DNA from: Albugo candida
Taxonomy: Eukaryota
Reading direction: 5' to 3'
Length of the DNA stretch: 64,000 nt
Assembly: GCA_040437565.1 (NCBI GenBank)
Contig: JBDOQK010000029.1
Location: 1-64,000 of the forward strand
Part shown: positions 1 to 13,300 of the stretch, piece by piece
Position numbering within the stretch: the first letter of the stretch is position 1
How the letters are laid out: the number at the start of each line of letters is the position of its first letter
Notes under the pieces: generated by a model
What the model was told of the DNA's origin: nothing
Databases searched by the model: none
What the model saw: the letters and a program-made list of their open reading frames with translations, nothing else
Translations under genes and position numbers: made by a program

Positions 1-124
1 ACATATTATCAACTCTCACAGGTATTCTCGAAACGTTTTTATATGTATATATGTTATTTAAGATAGCCTAGGCAACTAGAGAAGTCAGTTAGTCTAATTC
101 TAGCAATATAGACACCTTCAACTG
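1..124 (+). repeat. 3' terminal segment of the L1/Tx1-like LINE family
   Basis: Its reverse complement aligns with few mismatches to 60115-60242 (cagttgaaggtgtctatatt...ctgacttctc...gctatcttaaataacatatatac...tacctgtgagag), which lies downstream of an RT fragment on the minus strand. Confidence 0.8.
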
Positions 125-829
125 TGGATGTGTTAAAAAACGATAAGGAAGGTTGTGCTGGAATATACTCATATTATCAAAAACATACCCAATATATTAT
201 TTCTCTTTCTTCTTGTCTCCTGATTGTATGGTTGTTCAGGCTTTCGTGATTACTCCGGTAAAAAATGAACCGAACAATAAACCTGACTGAACTAAACCTG
301 TGCAGCAAGATTATATTATCTACGCAGGTGGACATGTTCGGTGTGTATTGACGCTTGAGCAGCAAGACTGACTATACATCCTTCTTTTGTTCACCGGCCT
401 AATCTCCACTATCTTGTAGATATCCATATCGAGATGTGGCTTTTAGACTATCATTCCCGGTAATTTCTAAAGTTGCAATACCTTTCGCTCAGTGGTCTTA
501 TACCGAAAGAAATCCATTATTGCAAGGAGCCTGCAAGACCAACTTCAAACTACACTAGGACAAATAATTTATATCACTAACAATATCGATACATTAATTG
601 CAAATGAAAACCTATTTCTTCCATCCACATTCTTTAGCCTGACCAAGGATCGATCGTGGGTGTTGATGAAGTACATGCGCTTATACTTGAACAAACCTAC
701 TAGATTGATATCATCGCAATCAATATCAACGCTGTGGCATCTAATCCTAAGACAGGGATTCTATCCTTCGCTTATGTCTGGATAGTTCATTTCGTACGTA
801 CTGGTGACTGCAGCCTGACTAGCGATGCT

Positions 830-3560
830 GGTCAACGCTTTCCATTTGCGGTGATCTTGAACAAAGTGTTCGAAATAGCATATATCTGGGTGTACCTTAC
901 GATTGAACGTCTTTTGTAGCATCGTTTGGAGGTAGGTGGAAATGTTGGATCAACAAGGTTTGGGTTGAGATTCGGTCCGGTCGTCGCATAGTGTCTCCGA
1001 ACGAGTGCCACCAGGCTACTATGATGTGTTTTCGGAGAGGTAATGTCTGATACTTTGCATGGACTTCCTTTTTTCCCATATGCGTGAAATACTGGATGAA
1101 GAGAACGGATCAATTGGTGGCGATAAAAAGAGTCGAGTTGGTTGCGACCTTGCACCTTCAATGCCCATGCACCGCAGTAGAGTAATTCCGCAGAATATAC
1201 ACGTCGTATAGTCGGCCTTTGAGGTCCACAGAGTCCATTTGACGCGAATAATGTTTTCCGAAACCTATACAACGCCGTATTCACCTGAGCTTTCATGTGT
1301 GTTGATTCCTCATGATCTCTAAGATGCCCAGTTATCTAAAATGCCATGCAACTGGCTATCCGTAGTCCTATACTTCGCACTCTCTGGGTTTGGCCGCATT
1401 GATGTGAATAGAGCAGTGACGAATTAGGTCACGATTTCGTTTCTGAGAAGGAACAAAGTCAAAAACATCGACATAGATAATTGCGTTGACCTTTTCCATC
1501 ATTGCGCTCAGTGAGGTATACAGAGGTCATTGGGCGCAGCTTCCAGATATTTGACTTTTATTAATATGATAGGACACAGAGACTCTGTGTGATGCTGTCA
1601 TTGCCAAAAAGGTCGAAACTGTCGGGTTCCGAGGTGATGTTTGTAATACTTCTCGGTGATAAGTATTTTAATTAGGTGTAGAAGAAGAGAATGGAGGACT
1701 GCGACAAATTTGAAGGTGTCGATAATGTCAAAAAGCTTCGCTCATATCGATGCCGAGAATCGCCAGGGTGCTTTGATAATTGCGTGTGAACCATCCACTT
1801 CATTCAATGGCCCGTATCAAGTCTGCCGCCTTTCTAGCACATCTGAATCCACCTTGGTCAGGAGGTAGTTATGCATCAACTTGATTTCTTGCTTTATGCA
1901 GTATAATAAAGAATAAGCGTCTTCTTGGTCGTTTTCAAAAAGGCGATTGGGCGCTGCGAGGAGCATTGCACTCGCGGCGTCTTTGGTTTGGTTGACCATT
2001 CACGACTCAGTAATTGAGGCACTTGCAAGGCTCCTACCTTTTTCGAGAGCTTATTAATGAATGTTCAAGACGGGATGATATATCAGTCGGACTAAATGTC
2101 AGGAGTTCCCCGGATTCGTTAACATGTTGGGATCGAATGCTAAATGGCGTTCGTACTTTCGTGAAGCTGATTGGTTTGCGAAGGCGATAAAGTTTGAACG
2201 TGATCCGAGTGTGTCCACCGTCGTGAAATAGAGTCTCGATTTAGTAATGACAGAGGCTTTTACGCTATCGTTTTCTATGTTGTAGCCATTGCAATCTTGG
2301 GTGATTAGAAGTCGTTAATGGTGACGCAAAAATAAGCTCCTCAGTACTTGTAATAATCTGCCAAATAATCGGGTGCGTTGTGGTTCTTGGAGTTGGACGT
2401 CAAGCTAGCGTCGCTATGTTTTCTAGCGGACATCAAATTCCCGATAAATGATGCAGGTGGCACCATTGTAAAGGCAACAGATCGATTGGCTTCTCACATA
2501 TAATAACAGCGAGTCAAATTCGTGTTTGCTCCTGCAAGAGACGAGCTATGTCCGCAGCGTAAATTCCGAGTGAAAAGCCGGGGACTGAGAGCCAAGTGCA
2601 TCGTTAGATGCTTTATGATTGAGTCGAGTAGGGCGGGTAATTCGACATGGTCCGTTTCGATAAGTGTTCAATATCTAGGACTAATGCGATCGATTTTGGG
2701 AAAGTTTGCGTATGTCAGACCCTAAGAATAGAGAGGTCGAATTCAGCGCATACGTGCCAGGATGCGATCGACCATCTGTGGAATAGAATCGATAGCGAAA
2801 CGGTAGATAATGTAGTTGATGTGATTGAAAATGGTTGTCTGTGTCCTGGCTCCTCGCAATGTTGTTCTTTTCCGAACTCAATCGAATGATGTGTCGGTCA
2901 CCTGAGGATGGTTAGCGTTGCGAAGTTCGACTTGACGACTTCCGTTAGATTTGAGATATGCTCAAGATTATTTAGACCCATCCCGGAGGTATATGTTGGC
3001 CTATAGCCGATTTCCGCATTGAGGTCGCCAAGAATGAAGTAGAATCGGTACCCAAATGGCTGTAAGGCGCTATGTTTAGTGTCGTAAAAGTGCTCTGCTC
3101 GGTTCGAGTTTGTTCTGAGCGGGGTGCACAAACGTATAAAAAGTAGGTTGGATGCACTGAGAGACCTTGGTCTGAATGTTGGCTATTTGTTTACTCAAAG
3201 TACAACAGCGAGAAGGATATGTGGTACAATTCTACGCGGCATCGTGAATCTGAGACCATAGTGTAGATTTGAACCCGGAAAGTATGCCGCACTAGCTTGA
3301 TCGGCTGTATGATTTGGAAGCTTCTGCGTATATTTGTTTTCGTATAAAGCATTGATCGAGCTTCTAGCGTTATTTTTCAAGTGCTGCTACTTGATTGTGA
3401 TGTGAGGCCACTTACGTTAAAATTGCTGATCGTCAAATTGTTGATTCGGTGAAGGAAAGCATGTGCATAACAGTACTTGCGTGGTGGTCATCCTTACCCT
3501 TCGAAGTAAGCCTGCTAGATATACAGTAAAATTGTTTGAGCTCCAATCAAACTCTAGAGC
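830..3560 (-). mobile_element. Decayed non-LTR retrotransposon, RTE-like (APE endonuclease + RT), with many stops and frameshifts
   Basis: APE motif FYFILGDLNAEIG in ORF 2898-3131 and a GSDH-like remnant near 2720. ORF 832-1296 (RRVYSAELLYCGAWALK...QLDSFYRHQLIR) resembles the post-RT region of RTE elements. Boundaries approximate. Confidence 0.7.
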
Positions 3561-4952
3561 AAAAGATCGTATGAGCTAGTCCGAGCACTACGCATACGTC
3601 TCTTACTCCTTGGCCCAATGACACCCTGCGCCAACGCTTGGTAGCGAGGCCACATGAAGATCGATCGATTCGACGAATTTGGAGATTCTGCAAAGGTATG
3701 GTCTATTTCAGTGCTTTATAGCTCATGATCTACATTACTTCAAATTATTCTTGCCGGCGCAGATCTATTTTCTTGTTTTGAGAGAACTGTTTGGATAAGC
3801 AGAGGTGACAAATATTGCTTCAGCTGCATGGATTAAGGGAGAACTGGCTCAGTAGATGATGGAGGACAAGAAGTAAGCTATGAAGACGCCGTCCGTAGTC
3901 GAGGGAGGAAATGGAGTAACCCTGGCCTTCACTAAAAATTTCAGCGCACTGCAGACTGAACCCAGACTATCACTCACATCATCGATCGCTTCCTGATGAG
4001 TAAAATCAAGCTCCCAGCACTATAAAAGCTCTGTCAAAATGTGACAACTAACACGCTGAGTGCTCTGTAGCTGTTTTGAACCCGTCCGTCACCTCTGATG
4101 TGTATTGCAATATTGTGACGTCACGCCTCAGCCCGGACAATATAGTGTACCATGGCCAAAAGTAACTGGTTGGATTATGCGAATGGTGGTTGGCGAGATG
4201 TTGATTGTGTGGTGTATGATATCCATGATGGAAGCTGTATCTATTCGAGAATTTCAATTCTTTCCTTCAAAGAGGTGAATCGAGACGGTATGGATTGATT
4301 ATAACACTACTTGTGCGGCCTTCTCCTCCCAGCACGCCAAATGACGCGATATTTACCATTTGATGGATCATCTATGGTACGCGATGCCTTTAACGTTCCT
4401 GGTTTGTCGCAGTTCGCTGTGTTGAAGGGGGAAAGATAGGCTTACGGCTATTGCTACAATGCGAGTACAATGCAAGTAGCACGTATCATCCCTGCAGAAG
4501 GCTTTATATTGAGAGAAAGCAGACTAGACTATTGAAGCCGTTGATGCTCCCAGATGTGAGCCGAGGAGTTGTGCATGATCAGTAGTCGTATGCATCGTAT
4601 AGTAATGGAACGCACTTCCATTATAAACGATATGCTTGGTGCATGCGCGGAAAATTATCTTTTCGAAACGTTTAAATCGCTATCAAACGCATTGTCATGT
4701 TATTGCATTATGTTGTCGAGGGAATTGGACACATGAGAGAACGACATTGTTTCCCTTTAAAGACAGGGTACTCATGTTCATGAGGTACTTCTCAAAGGAG
4801 AATCGGTTACTGAAAATAAGCAATCTTATTGGCCCAAAAGTCTGTCGGATAGAGAAGGACATTGGTGACTGGAAGTACGATTAAATTCGCTTGTGCAATT
4901 GCTATACTCATTTATTGCCAAGGCCAAAGCGGTTTTAAACGTACAAAGAACA

Positions 4953-5804
4953 ATGGATGATTGCGACAAATTGATGGGAAAATTGGAAGACTTTATGGAA
5001 TTTCTTTCATTCTCAGTGATAGAAAATCGATCATTTAGCGGCGTTGTGAGTTCAAACACTTTTTTTCTGTGATACCAACTCTATCACATTCATGAACTTG
5101 ATAGGTAACCTTCGCATTCCAATCCTCCCATGGAAAAAATGCTCATCAAATCGCGTGTCTTCGAACAGTCGACTTGCGTAAAAGTAAACCATTCTATAAC
5201 ACCAAATTATACGCTGTATCACTAACGGATGAATGCAGCAATACACATTTTGAGGAGGGGTATATTGGAAGATGATCCGGAGCGCTCCGATGTGATTGTT
5301 GTCTATGTTAGCCTCAAGGACTTTCTTTACATGTATTCTGGAGAAGCAACAGCAGCTGAGATAGCAAGAATGTGTATGTCAGGTCGTGTATGCATTCCTT
5401 GGAGTGCTTTGGGGAAGTTACGCGCATTTGCCGACTCATTTGATTTTTCTTCCGAAAAGTGGGAAGAATTTTATCAATCCAGACAAAATACGCAAATGAA
5501 GATCTCTCATGTATGCAAGAAACCCTGCTGCGCGTCAATCGAACCGATAAATTCAAACTGGATGCTCGTAAATGATAGTTCTACGGTGACTACATCGGAT
5601 GATTGGGAAATAGTAATTGATGAGATTTATCATATTGCGGCTTGTAAAAGCTCTGAAGAATCGGAAAGGAGTGCAGGTTTAAAAAATACGGAAGAATGGT
5701 TGGGGAAATGGTTTCGCGAGAGTATTCAGAAACAGCGCTTCCCATTGATTCAAACAAACGTGTGCGATTCAATTCGCGACTGGAGAAAGCTTTTCGTCGT
5801 CTAG
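4953..5804 (+). CDS. SCP2 sterol-binding-domain-like protein (3 predicted exons)
   Basis: Exon 1 MDDCDKLMGKLEDF...FSGV ends at gtgagt (~5046). Exon 2 VTFAFQ...RTVDL, exon 3 in ORF 5229-5804 (SDVIVVYVSLKDFLYMYSGE...MCMSGRVCI..LGKL). This follows the SCP2 pattern (VDL, DV.I.VS..DF..G, M.GK/R..I). Recognised by eye. Confidence 0.6.
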
Positions 5805-7101
5805 CGCAGCCCCATACTTGCATATGTTAATTTATATCGATTTATTTGTAAATTACACGCTAAATTACTGGCAAGCTTTTGTATTTTCGCTTATTACAGT
5901 CTCGATAGCCTCCTGCAAGTATCGAATCGTTCTCATCATACTCTATATAGTATCAGTCATATTAGCAAAAGAAAACGACTTTGCGATGACTCAAATCGTT
6001 GTACCGCTGATACGATTCTGTGTATTAAAATTGAGTAAGGGACTCTGGCCAGATAAATCTTGAGGGCTCTTGAACGAACGAGCTGGCAACTGTATCGCTG
6101 AAACATGCTCTTCTTCTATGTGATGACTATCAACCTACAGGAGTTCAGGTAAATATGTGCTACATGTGCACTTATTTTTTATTATATTGATATCAGTTCA
6201 AGCTCAGCTCCCCGAACGTGACCCGTAATTCCGTCATGCGGGTAACTCCAGTTCCAGGAGATCAACCGCGTTTAAGCTTATGGTCAGTACGCAGCGTTAT
6301 CGCGCTCGCTGGAGAAAAAAACACTTCAGCTTCGTAGTGCTGTGCATGATTCGTTGATACGTGAAAGCAACCTCGACTATGCTTTAAGGTACCGACGTAG
6401 AAGAGGGACACAAGGTGAGGAACCCCATGGATAGACACGAAACTGAAGGCACAGCTGTCAAGTTTCAAGTCAATGCTGCACGACGCTAAGATTTCTATAT
6501 AAAACAACTGGATAATAGGCAGCGAAGGTGTAAAACCAAGACGGAAGACTCATAGACTACAGGAACGAACTAGAAACGCAATTCTATGGAGCTCTTTATT
6601 GACATCAACACAAGTAGGGTCAATTGGAGTTGAAGAATCTGTTGTTGGATGTGAAAAGAAGCCATAGACAACAAAAGATCGTGCGCAATTCAATATACAG
6701 CTAATAAAGGCATCTGGATATGTTGTCAAATGAAATCTTCGAGTTTAAGTTGGAAAATGTCAGATTTAATACGAAGTCAGGCAGTTAAATCGTCAAACTC
6801 GACCAGAGCTGCTATCAATGACATGAAACGCATGTATACTATGACCTAATCACGTCATTATATGTACATGCAAGATACTATGAAGGCAAAAAATTGCTAT
6901 TCTGATCGAATATGAATCGACTAACCATACGATATTGTAATCAATATAATTCATTCTGCCATACTAGTATGCGCTTGCAGTGAAATGCTTTGCAGACATG
7001 GCCGAGTGCGTATCAATTAATATATATGATGTTTGCCACTCCATATATCAATTTACCGAATACTATTTTCTGCTACACCATTCACCCAAAAATCTGCGAG
7101 A

Positions 7102-8692
7102 ATGACTGAGAAATCCAGCACCCCAGATACATTTACATCCCAATTTCAAGAAGCACCATTTTTTGAAAAACATCCACAAGGCTTCGGTCAGATGGAGCTT
7201 CTGGATGAAATTAAAATTGACCAAGTGTACGTCCTGCCGGTTCCACATCTTACAGAATGGTTGCCGGAGAAGCACGAACACGCTGTCAATATTCGAAAGA
7301 TCGACACACAGGTTCGAATCGACTCTCAGCATTTGTTGTATCAAACACTAAAACTCACATTCGCGTATATTTATCCTTGTGATATCTTTGCAGAAAAGTG
7401 ATAACGAAGTCGAACGTAAGAGAACTTATAACAAGATCATGGGGCCAACAGACGTGATTATTGGTGACATCAGACGAAATGCTTCTCAGAAGCCGATGTC
7501 CAGGGCGTATGTTCGAGCTGGACCAAGAAAAGAGCTATACTTTGATCCAGAAAAAGTGAAAGCTGCAATTGTTACATGCGGTGGGCTTTGTCCAGGTCTC
7601 AACAACGTGATTCGGGATATTACGATCAGTCTCTGGACACTATACGGTGTTCGCGAGATTTACGGGATTCGAATGGGTTTCGCAGGCTTTTACAACTGGA
7701 AAACAATGGAGCAAAAAGAAGCACCCATTATGTTGACACCAAAGATTGTGGAGACAATCCATCATTCAGGTGGAACGATATTGGGCTCGAATCGTGGAGG
7801 ATTTGATATTGACAAGATCATTGACTTTCTAACCAAGCGAGATATTTGTCAGCTGTATGTGATTGGTGGAGATGGAACTCATCGTGCGGCTGACAAAATT
7901 GCGTACGAATGCAAGGCTCGAAGTCTCGCAATTGCAGTTGCAGGGATTCCGAAAACAATTGATAACGACGTGGATTTACTTGATCGTAGTTTTGGATTCA
8001 ATACTGCGGTGGAAGAAGCACAGAGAGCGATACGATCTGCTGGAATCGAAGCAAAATGCGTGCCAAATGGGATTGGTATAGTCAAGCTTATGGGTCGAAG
8101 TGCTGGCTTCATTGCGGCACATGCCACTCTTTCAAGTGGAGACGTCGATTTGTGCTTAATTCCAGAGATTCCTATTGAATTATGTGGACCTCGAGGCTGT
8201 ATTGAACATCTTGAGAGAGTTGTGGAAGAAAAAGGACGAGCCGTCGTTGTGGTTGCCGAGGGTGCTGGCGAGGAGCTACTTGGTACTTCCAGTATATTTG
8301 ATGCAGGAGGTAATAAAAAACTTCCAGCCATTGGTGAATTTATGCGCGATCAAATCAAGGAGTATTTTGTGAAGCAAAACAAAGAGGTCACAGTCAAGTA
8401 CATCGACCCGTCATATATGATCCGAAGCGTTCCGGCCAACGCAGCTGACAGTTTATATTGCATGATTCTTGCACAAAACGCTGTTCATGGGGCAATGGCA
8501 GGTTTCACCGGATTCACTGTTGGCCTAAGCGCAAATCGTGTGGTGTACTTTCCGATAGCAGCGATCACGCAAAATTCGCCGCGTTGCATGGATCCCTTTG
8601 GACGTACGTGGGAGAGAGTGCTCTGTCTAACCCGACAGCCAAACACTGTACGAGCCGATTCAAAAGTACACGGAGCAAAGTGCTCCGACTAA
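7102..8692 (+). CDS. PFK: ATP-dependent 6-phosphofructokinase (plant/protist type)
   Basis: Motifs RAGPR, AAIVTCGGLCPGLNNVIR, GGTILGSNRGG, GGDGT, PKTIDND, KLMGRSAGFIA, KYIDPSYMIRS. Exon 1 7102-7311, GT-AG intron 7312-7393, exon 2 7394-8692 in frame. Confidence 0.95.
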
Positions 8693-8947
8693 GCACAACA
8701 ACATGTCTTTAATATAAGGCTCGCCGGCAAGAGCAAAGTGATTACATGATTAACTGTCGCGTCTATGGTCTTTTTTGTGATTAACAGTGATCAATTGCAA
8801 GGATAAAGTAATTGATTTAATTGAGTCTCTAAGGATACGATTGCCCATAACGACAATCAGACAGAATTTTGAACGATATCATGGCGAGTAAAAGAGGGTG
8901 AGATAGATGTAATCGCTTAATGAACAATCAAGGTACTATTTATTGAC

Positions 8948-9997
8948 TCAGCACTTGGAATACTTGCTTTTGTTCGCCCATGCTGGAAGTTCAGGGTACT
9001 CGGGAGAGAGCTTAGGTGCCAACTTCCGATAAAGCTCCTTAATGTACAAGTATTTGATCAAACCAGGCTGACGCGCTTCCGTGAACAACCGTATTGCATC
9101 TGTGAGACTGTAATCCAATTTCCGTACCAGATACTGAATTATCAAGTATCCAGTACGATTTAGTCCGTGTGTGCAATGCACTGCAATGGTGCCATTTTTG
9201 TGCGTGGTGTTGAACTCCTCGACGATTTTGATGAATTTCTTTACTATGGTACCCTTTGGTGGTCCTCGAAAACCTTCAACTGGTAGTTTTAGATAGCGTA
9301 TGTTGTATTGCTCTAGTTCAGATCCACTATAATATCGATCTGTGTTGGTGAGATCAATTACCAAGCGAACGTCATGACCAAGTCTCTGTTGTTCATGACA
9401 AAACAATTCTGGAGTCCACTGTTCTTCTGCTTTGATCAAACGTGAGTATTTATGGTCCAGGAACACACGCAAAGCTATCATGCGTGATGATCCAATGACT
9501 TTTCCCATTTTAGGGACATCCGTCCAATTGTCGGGAACAGTGCATTTCCTCGATTTCACGTATCCCCTTGAACTGTGTGCTTGACTAGATTGTTGATAGC
9601 TAGATGTCGATCCATTTTGGTAGTTGCGATATTCACTCGCTGGATGCGAGGTGCGAGGTGGTATCGTACCACGTCTGGAGTGATACGCGTGCTGATCCGA
9701 GCGCGACGCTGCATCGCGTGACCGGTTATTACTTTCCTTAAAATAATGTGTTGCTTTTACGATTGGAATCTGTGCTGGACGAGGACGATTTGTTTTATTT
9801 GGGCGACTGTAGTACTGATTCGAGACTCGTGATTCTTTTCGACGATCATTCTGTTCATGGCTTCTTGGATACTCATTTTGACGATAATACTGCTCATCGT
9901 TCCTTGAATGTTCATCTCGATGATAGCGCCTATTGTTCTTTGCACTCGTGTATGGATGATTTTCCTCTCCATTTCTTAGGCGTGGAGATCGAGGCAT
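8948..9997 (-). CDS. DUSP11/PIR1-like RNA 5'-triphosphatase (cysteine phosphatase) with R/S/Q/Y-rich N-terminus
   Basis: LVIDLTNTDRYY and the catalytic VHCTHGLNRTGYLI motif are typical of the capping-enzyme triphosphatase/DUSP11 family. No guanylyltransferase domain follows. Confidence 0.85.
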   Translation of the reverse strand: MPRSPRLRNGEENHPYTSAKNNRRYHRDEHSRNDEQYYRQNEYPRSHEQNDRRKESRVSNQYYSRPNKTNRPRPAQIPIVKATHYFKESNNRSRDAASRSDQHAYHSRRGTIPPRTSHPASEYRNYQNGSTSSYQQSSQAHSSRGYVKSRKCTVPDNWTDVPKMGKVIGSSRMIALRVFLDHKYSRLIKAEEQWTPELFCHEQQRLGHDVRLVIDLTNTDRYYSGSELEQYNIRYLKLPVEGFRGPPKGTIVKKFIKIVEEFNTTHKNGTIAVHCTHGLNRTGYLIIQYLVRKLDYSLTDAIRLFTEARQPGLIKYLYIKELYRKLAPKLSPEYPELPAWANKSKYSKC

Positions 9998-10079
9998 TCT
10001 GTATGCGGGATGAGTGGTACGGAAACCTCGTGACTGTGATAAATTGGAATACTTGATTAAAGTATGGAATTAAGCGCAG

Positions 10080-10241
10080 TATATTTATTTGATGGGCAAC
10101 GTACAGCCGANNNNNNNNNNNNNNNNNNNNNNNNNNNNNNNNNNNNNNNNNNNNNNNNNNNNNNNNNNNNNNNNNNNNNNNNNNNNNNNNNNNNNNNNNN
10201 NNNNNNNNNNTATATTTATTTGATGGGCAACGTACAGCCGA
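10080..10241. repeat. 31-bp exact duplication on either side of a 100-N gap (contig overlap artefact)
   Basis: 10080-10110 equals 10211-10241. Confidence 0.85.
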
Positions 10242-10387
10242 AAAATAGCACTCGTTTAGTATGCAACCTGACTACAATGAAGCACAACGTACGCTCAACA
10301 CTGAAAATCACGGTATGAGATTGCTCTGTTTCGTATCGGCACTCTTTTTATTAGACCCGTGGGCGCTCACAGCCACAATCGTTCAGA

Positions 10388-13300
10388 CTATATCCAAGGT
10401 TCCCAAGTCGGATACAAATCTTGCTGGTTTTCTGCATCCATTGCAATTTCAATGAGCTCCCCGACAGTTTTATTTGCTTTGTTTCCTTTGTTTTCTTGAG
10501 ATCTGCATGTCAAACCCTCGATGTGAGCCATCACAAGGTCTACATTTGCTTGGACTCGAGGTTGCATTTGGATATCGAGATGCTTTAAAGCTCGTGGTGG
10601 GTTCGACATTGGACCTGCGGATGCTGCGACTGCGAGTTTTGTTTTTGAAAGATGCCAAGACACGAGATCATCTCTGAAAAATAAGGCAAGCTGGTTCCGA
10701 AGGATATCTTGTTCACTCATAAGAGCATCTGCAATTCTTGAAATTCCGACTTTCAATGGACCATTCACCCCAACTGGAGTGATGAATGTGACGAAATTGC
10801 GTGTGAGACGGAACGGCATTGTGTTGGTCTCATCAATGATACCATTACTAGCGTATGATGGTCGGACTTCAGTGCTACCCACAGAAACGTACTCGTTCAG
10901 CAATCGCATACATCCCTCAACGCTCAAATCTTACCTTCGTAGCTGACCGCTCTTGGCATTGAGCAAAAAGCGGCAAGGTGAACGCTCCCCAATGAACAAC
11001 GAACTTGTTATGAAAGATGATAGAGCCAAGTATTTTGTAAATTCATTGCGATACTGGAAATAGGCATCAGGATGTGGCGTCAATTTCATCACGTATTCCG
11101 CCAGAATCGTCTTTGGGACATGATGTTTACAGATATTGCGGAAGGAATGTAGTTTAGCTTCTTTCATCTTGTTCCGGCGTTCGTCTGCGTGCTCGATCCC
11201 TTTTGTTACCTCTGCTGCACGATCAATTTCGTCCCAATATAATTTGAGCGGTACATCTGGATCTTGCGCTTGCTGGGTACAGAAATCCTGGTATATCTAC
11301 AGAGAAATCTCAAGTGAGTAAAGATCGTGACTGAATTTCTGATCGATCCTTACTTCTTCCAGTGTGATCGTGTCTCTACTATCTTCAATAAGACGGACGC
11401 GTGGTGTCAGCGGAATCACTTTGGTGACAGGGAAGACCGCATTCCTCTCAATTGTTTGCTTGTGCTTCCGTAAGAAGCGATTCAGCAGCAGGTACATTTG
11501 CATCATACGCTCATCTGTACGAGTAATGTGTGTCATTGCATACTGAACCAGAAAACTGAAGCTTCTCCCGTCACTACCACCCATCGTAATGCGCCGATGA
11601 GTATATCCGTTTCGCAATATGATATCGACATCATTGTTGAAGTATAAAATACGTGCATGTAAGTCTCGGATGGGCTCGATATCGGATATATATTGGCCAG
11701 GCACTTCGATCGAAGTACTGCTCAATTGAAGCAGATGTCTGCTGCAAGATTCCAAGTAGGAAAGGTGACGCTGCTGCCTGAAATGCGTCTTAATGCGTTG
11801 CTGCAATAAGTTCTTCCACTTGATCAAACGACGTGTGATTTCCTTCAGAGATACATGCGCTTGTGCCCCGTCGTCGATCCCGTTATCATTTGTCGCTTCA
11901 GACATGAAATCTTGCTCAAAGCTCATTTTGTATCTTGCAACGAGATCTTCGTGTTGTGCGTTCTTCTGATTTGGTTGCAGGATAAAGAATTTACGACACA
12001 CTTTGGACAAAGTGGCACGTAGCATTCTTGGAGCTGCCTCGGCTCGTGTATGTTGTGGTAACTGATCACATTTCATCAGCAGCGCGTACACTGCTGAGAG
12101 TAATTCCTCTTCTGGGCCTGGTCGGAATTGCACGATGAGTTCTTCCAGCATACATTCCATTTCGAAAATAAGCGATTCATGAGACCGACGGAGAAAATTG
12201 AGCAAATCTTCGACGTGTGTAGCAATGTCTAATCCTGGATCCAAGTCTCTTTCGACGAAAAGACGATTCCAGTCTTCCCAGGAGAGTGCCGAACTGTAAG
12301 GTATGCCAAAACTCGACGCAGATTCTTTGATCGTGATGTTAGGTCCAAGGCTTTTCGATACTTGCGCTTGTGATAGATGTGAAGGGAACGAAACGACATG
12401 ACCCGTTCGTGTTTGAGCGTACAAAAGTTTACTTCCTCCAACTTGAGTAAACGATTGCTCCATCCCAGTCGTTTGCCGGGCTTCCTGCTTTTTCAATTCC
12501 TCCAGTGATTCATTATCTGTGTGTGGGAGGCTGTGTGATGTGTTTTCTCGATGTTCGAGAAAATACGCTCTTAATGTGTAGTAAATTGCTTGTGGGAATT
12601 TGGCAGCAAGCCCTCGAAATAATCCACGAATCTACAACAAGAATGTGCATAAGTCTGAGCCGATCTTCTCACTATTGTCATAGATCTTGCCTGAGATGCT
12701 TCCGGTCTTTCTAGTGCCATCAACAACTGCGGTATCCAAACTATCCATATCCAGATTGGGAGCTGTTTACCATATTGCTCAAACGCCTGCATCAATGTCC
12801 CAGCCTCATCGTCCATACTAAGAAGCCATAGCACACGAGCAATCATAGAACGAGCAGAATTGCACCGATGATGAATAGCCTGGAAGTAACATGCAATTGC
12901 CTGAGAAGCCATTGTCACCTCTTTCTGTATCATGAAAAGATGATAACAGTAGTTGCCCCATGACAGCCATCCCTTCCCATGTGTTTCACATATTTGCAGG
13001 CAGTAGGAGAAAGTCTGATTTGCTTCTTGTGAAGTACCAATTGCGTCCAGAAATATACCCTTTAGACGAAATAATTCTGCCTTTTGCCTTGCATCGAAAT
13101 AATGCAAATTCGTGTTGTTCAGAATGTTAAGGCCGCCGATATACTCTGTCGAGCTTTCGTAGCAGATATTGACTTGCTCTCGAAGTTTGAGGAATGCATC
13201 TTCTACATCCATTGCTGGGATAGAAGACAATTTCGACAAGGCTCCCAGACACACGTCGGGTAGATGTTGCTTGCGAGCGACATGTGCAAGCTTGATTACT

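Noticed and set aside
7310..7325. GGTTCGAATC T-loop-like motif suggesting a tRNA
   Set aside because: It is the PFK intron donor region and has no cloverleaf; the similar motif at ~18280 lies inside the TRRAP CDS.
7879..8331. Long antisense or alternate-frame ORFs over PFK, TRRAP, CFAP100, SPEF2-like and TPR genes
   Set aside because: Shadow ORFs of real coding sequence with no motifs of their own.
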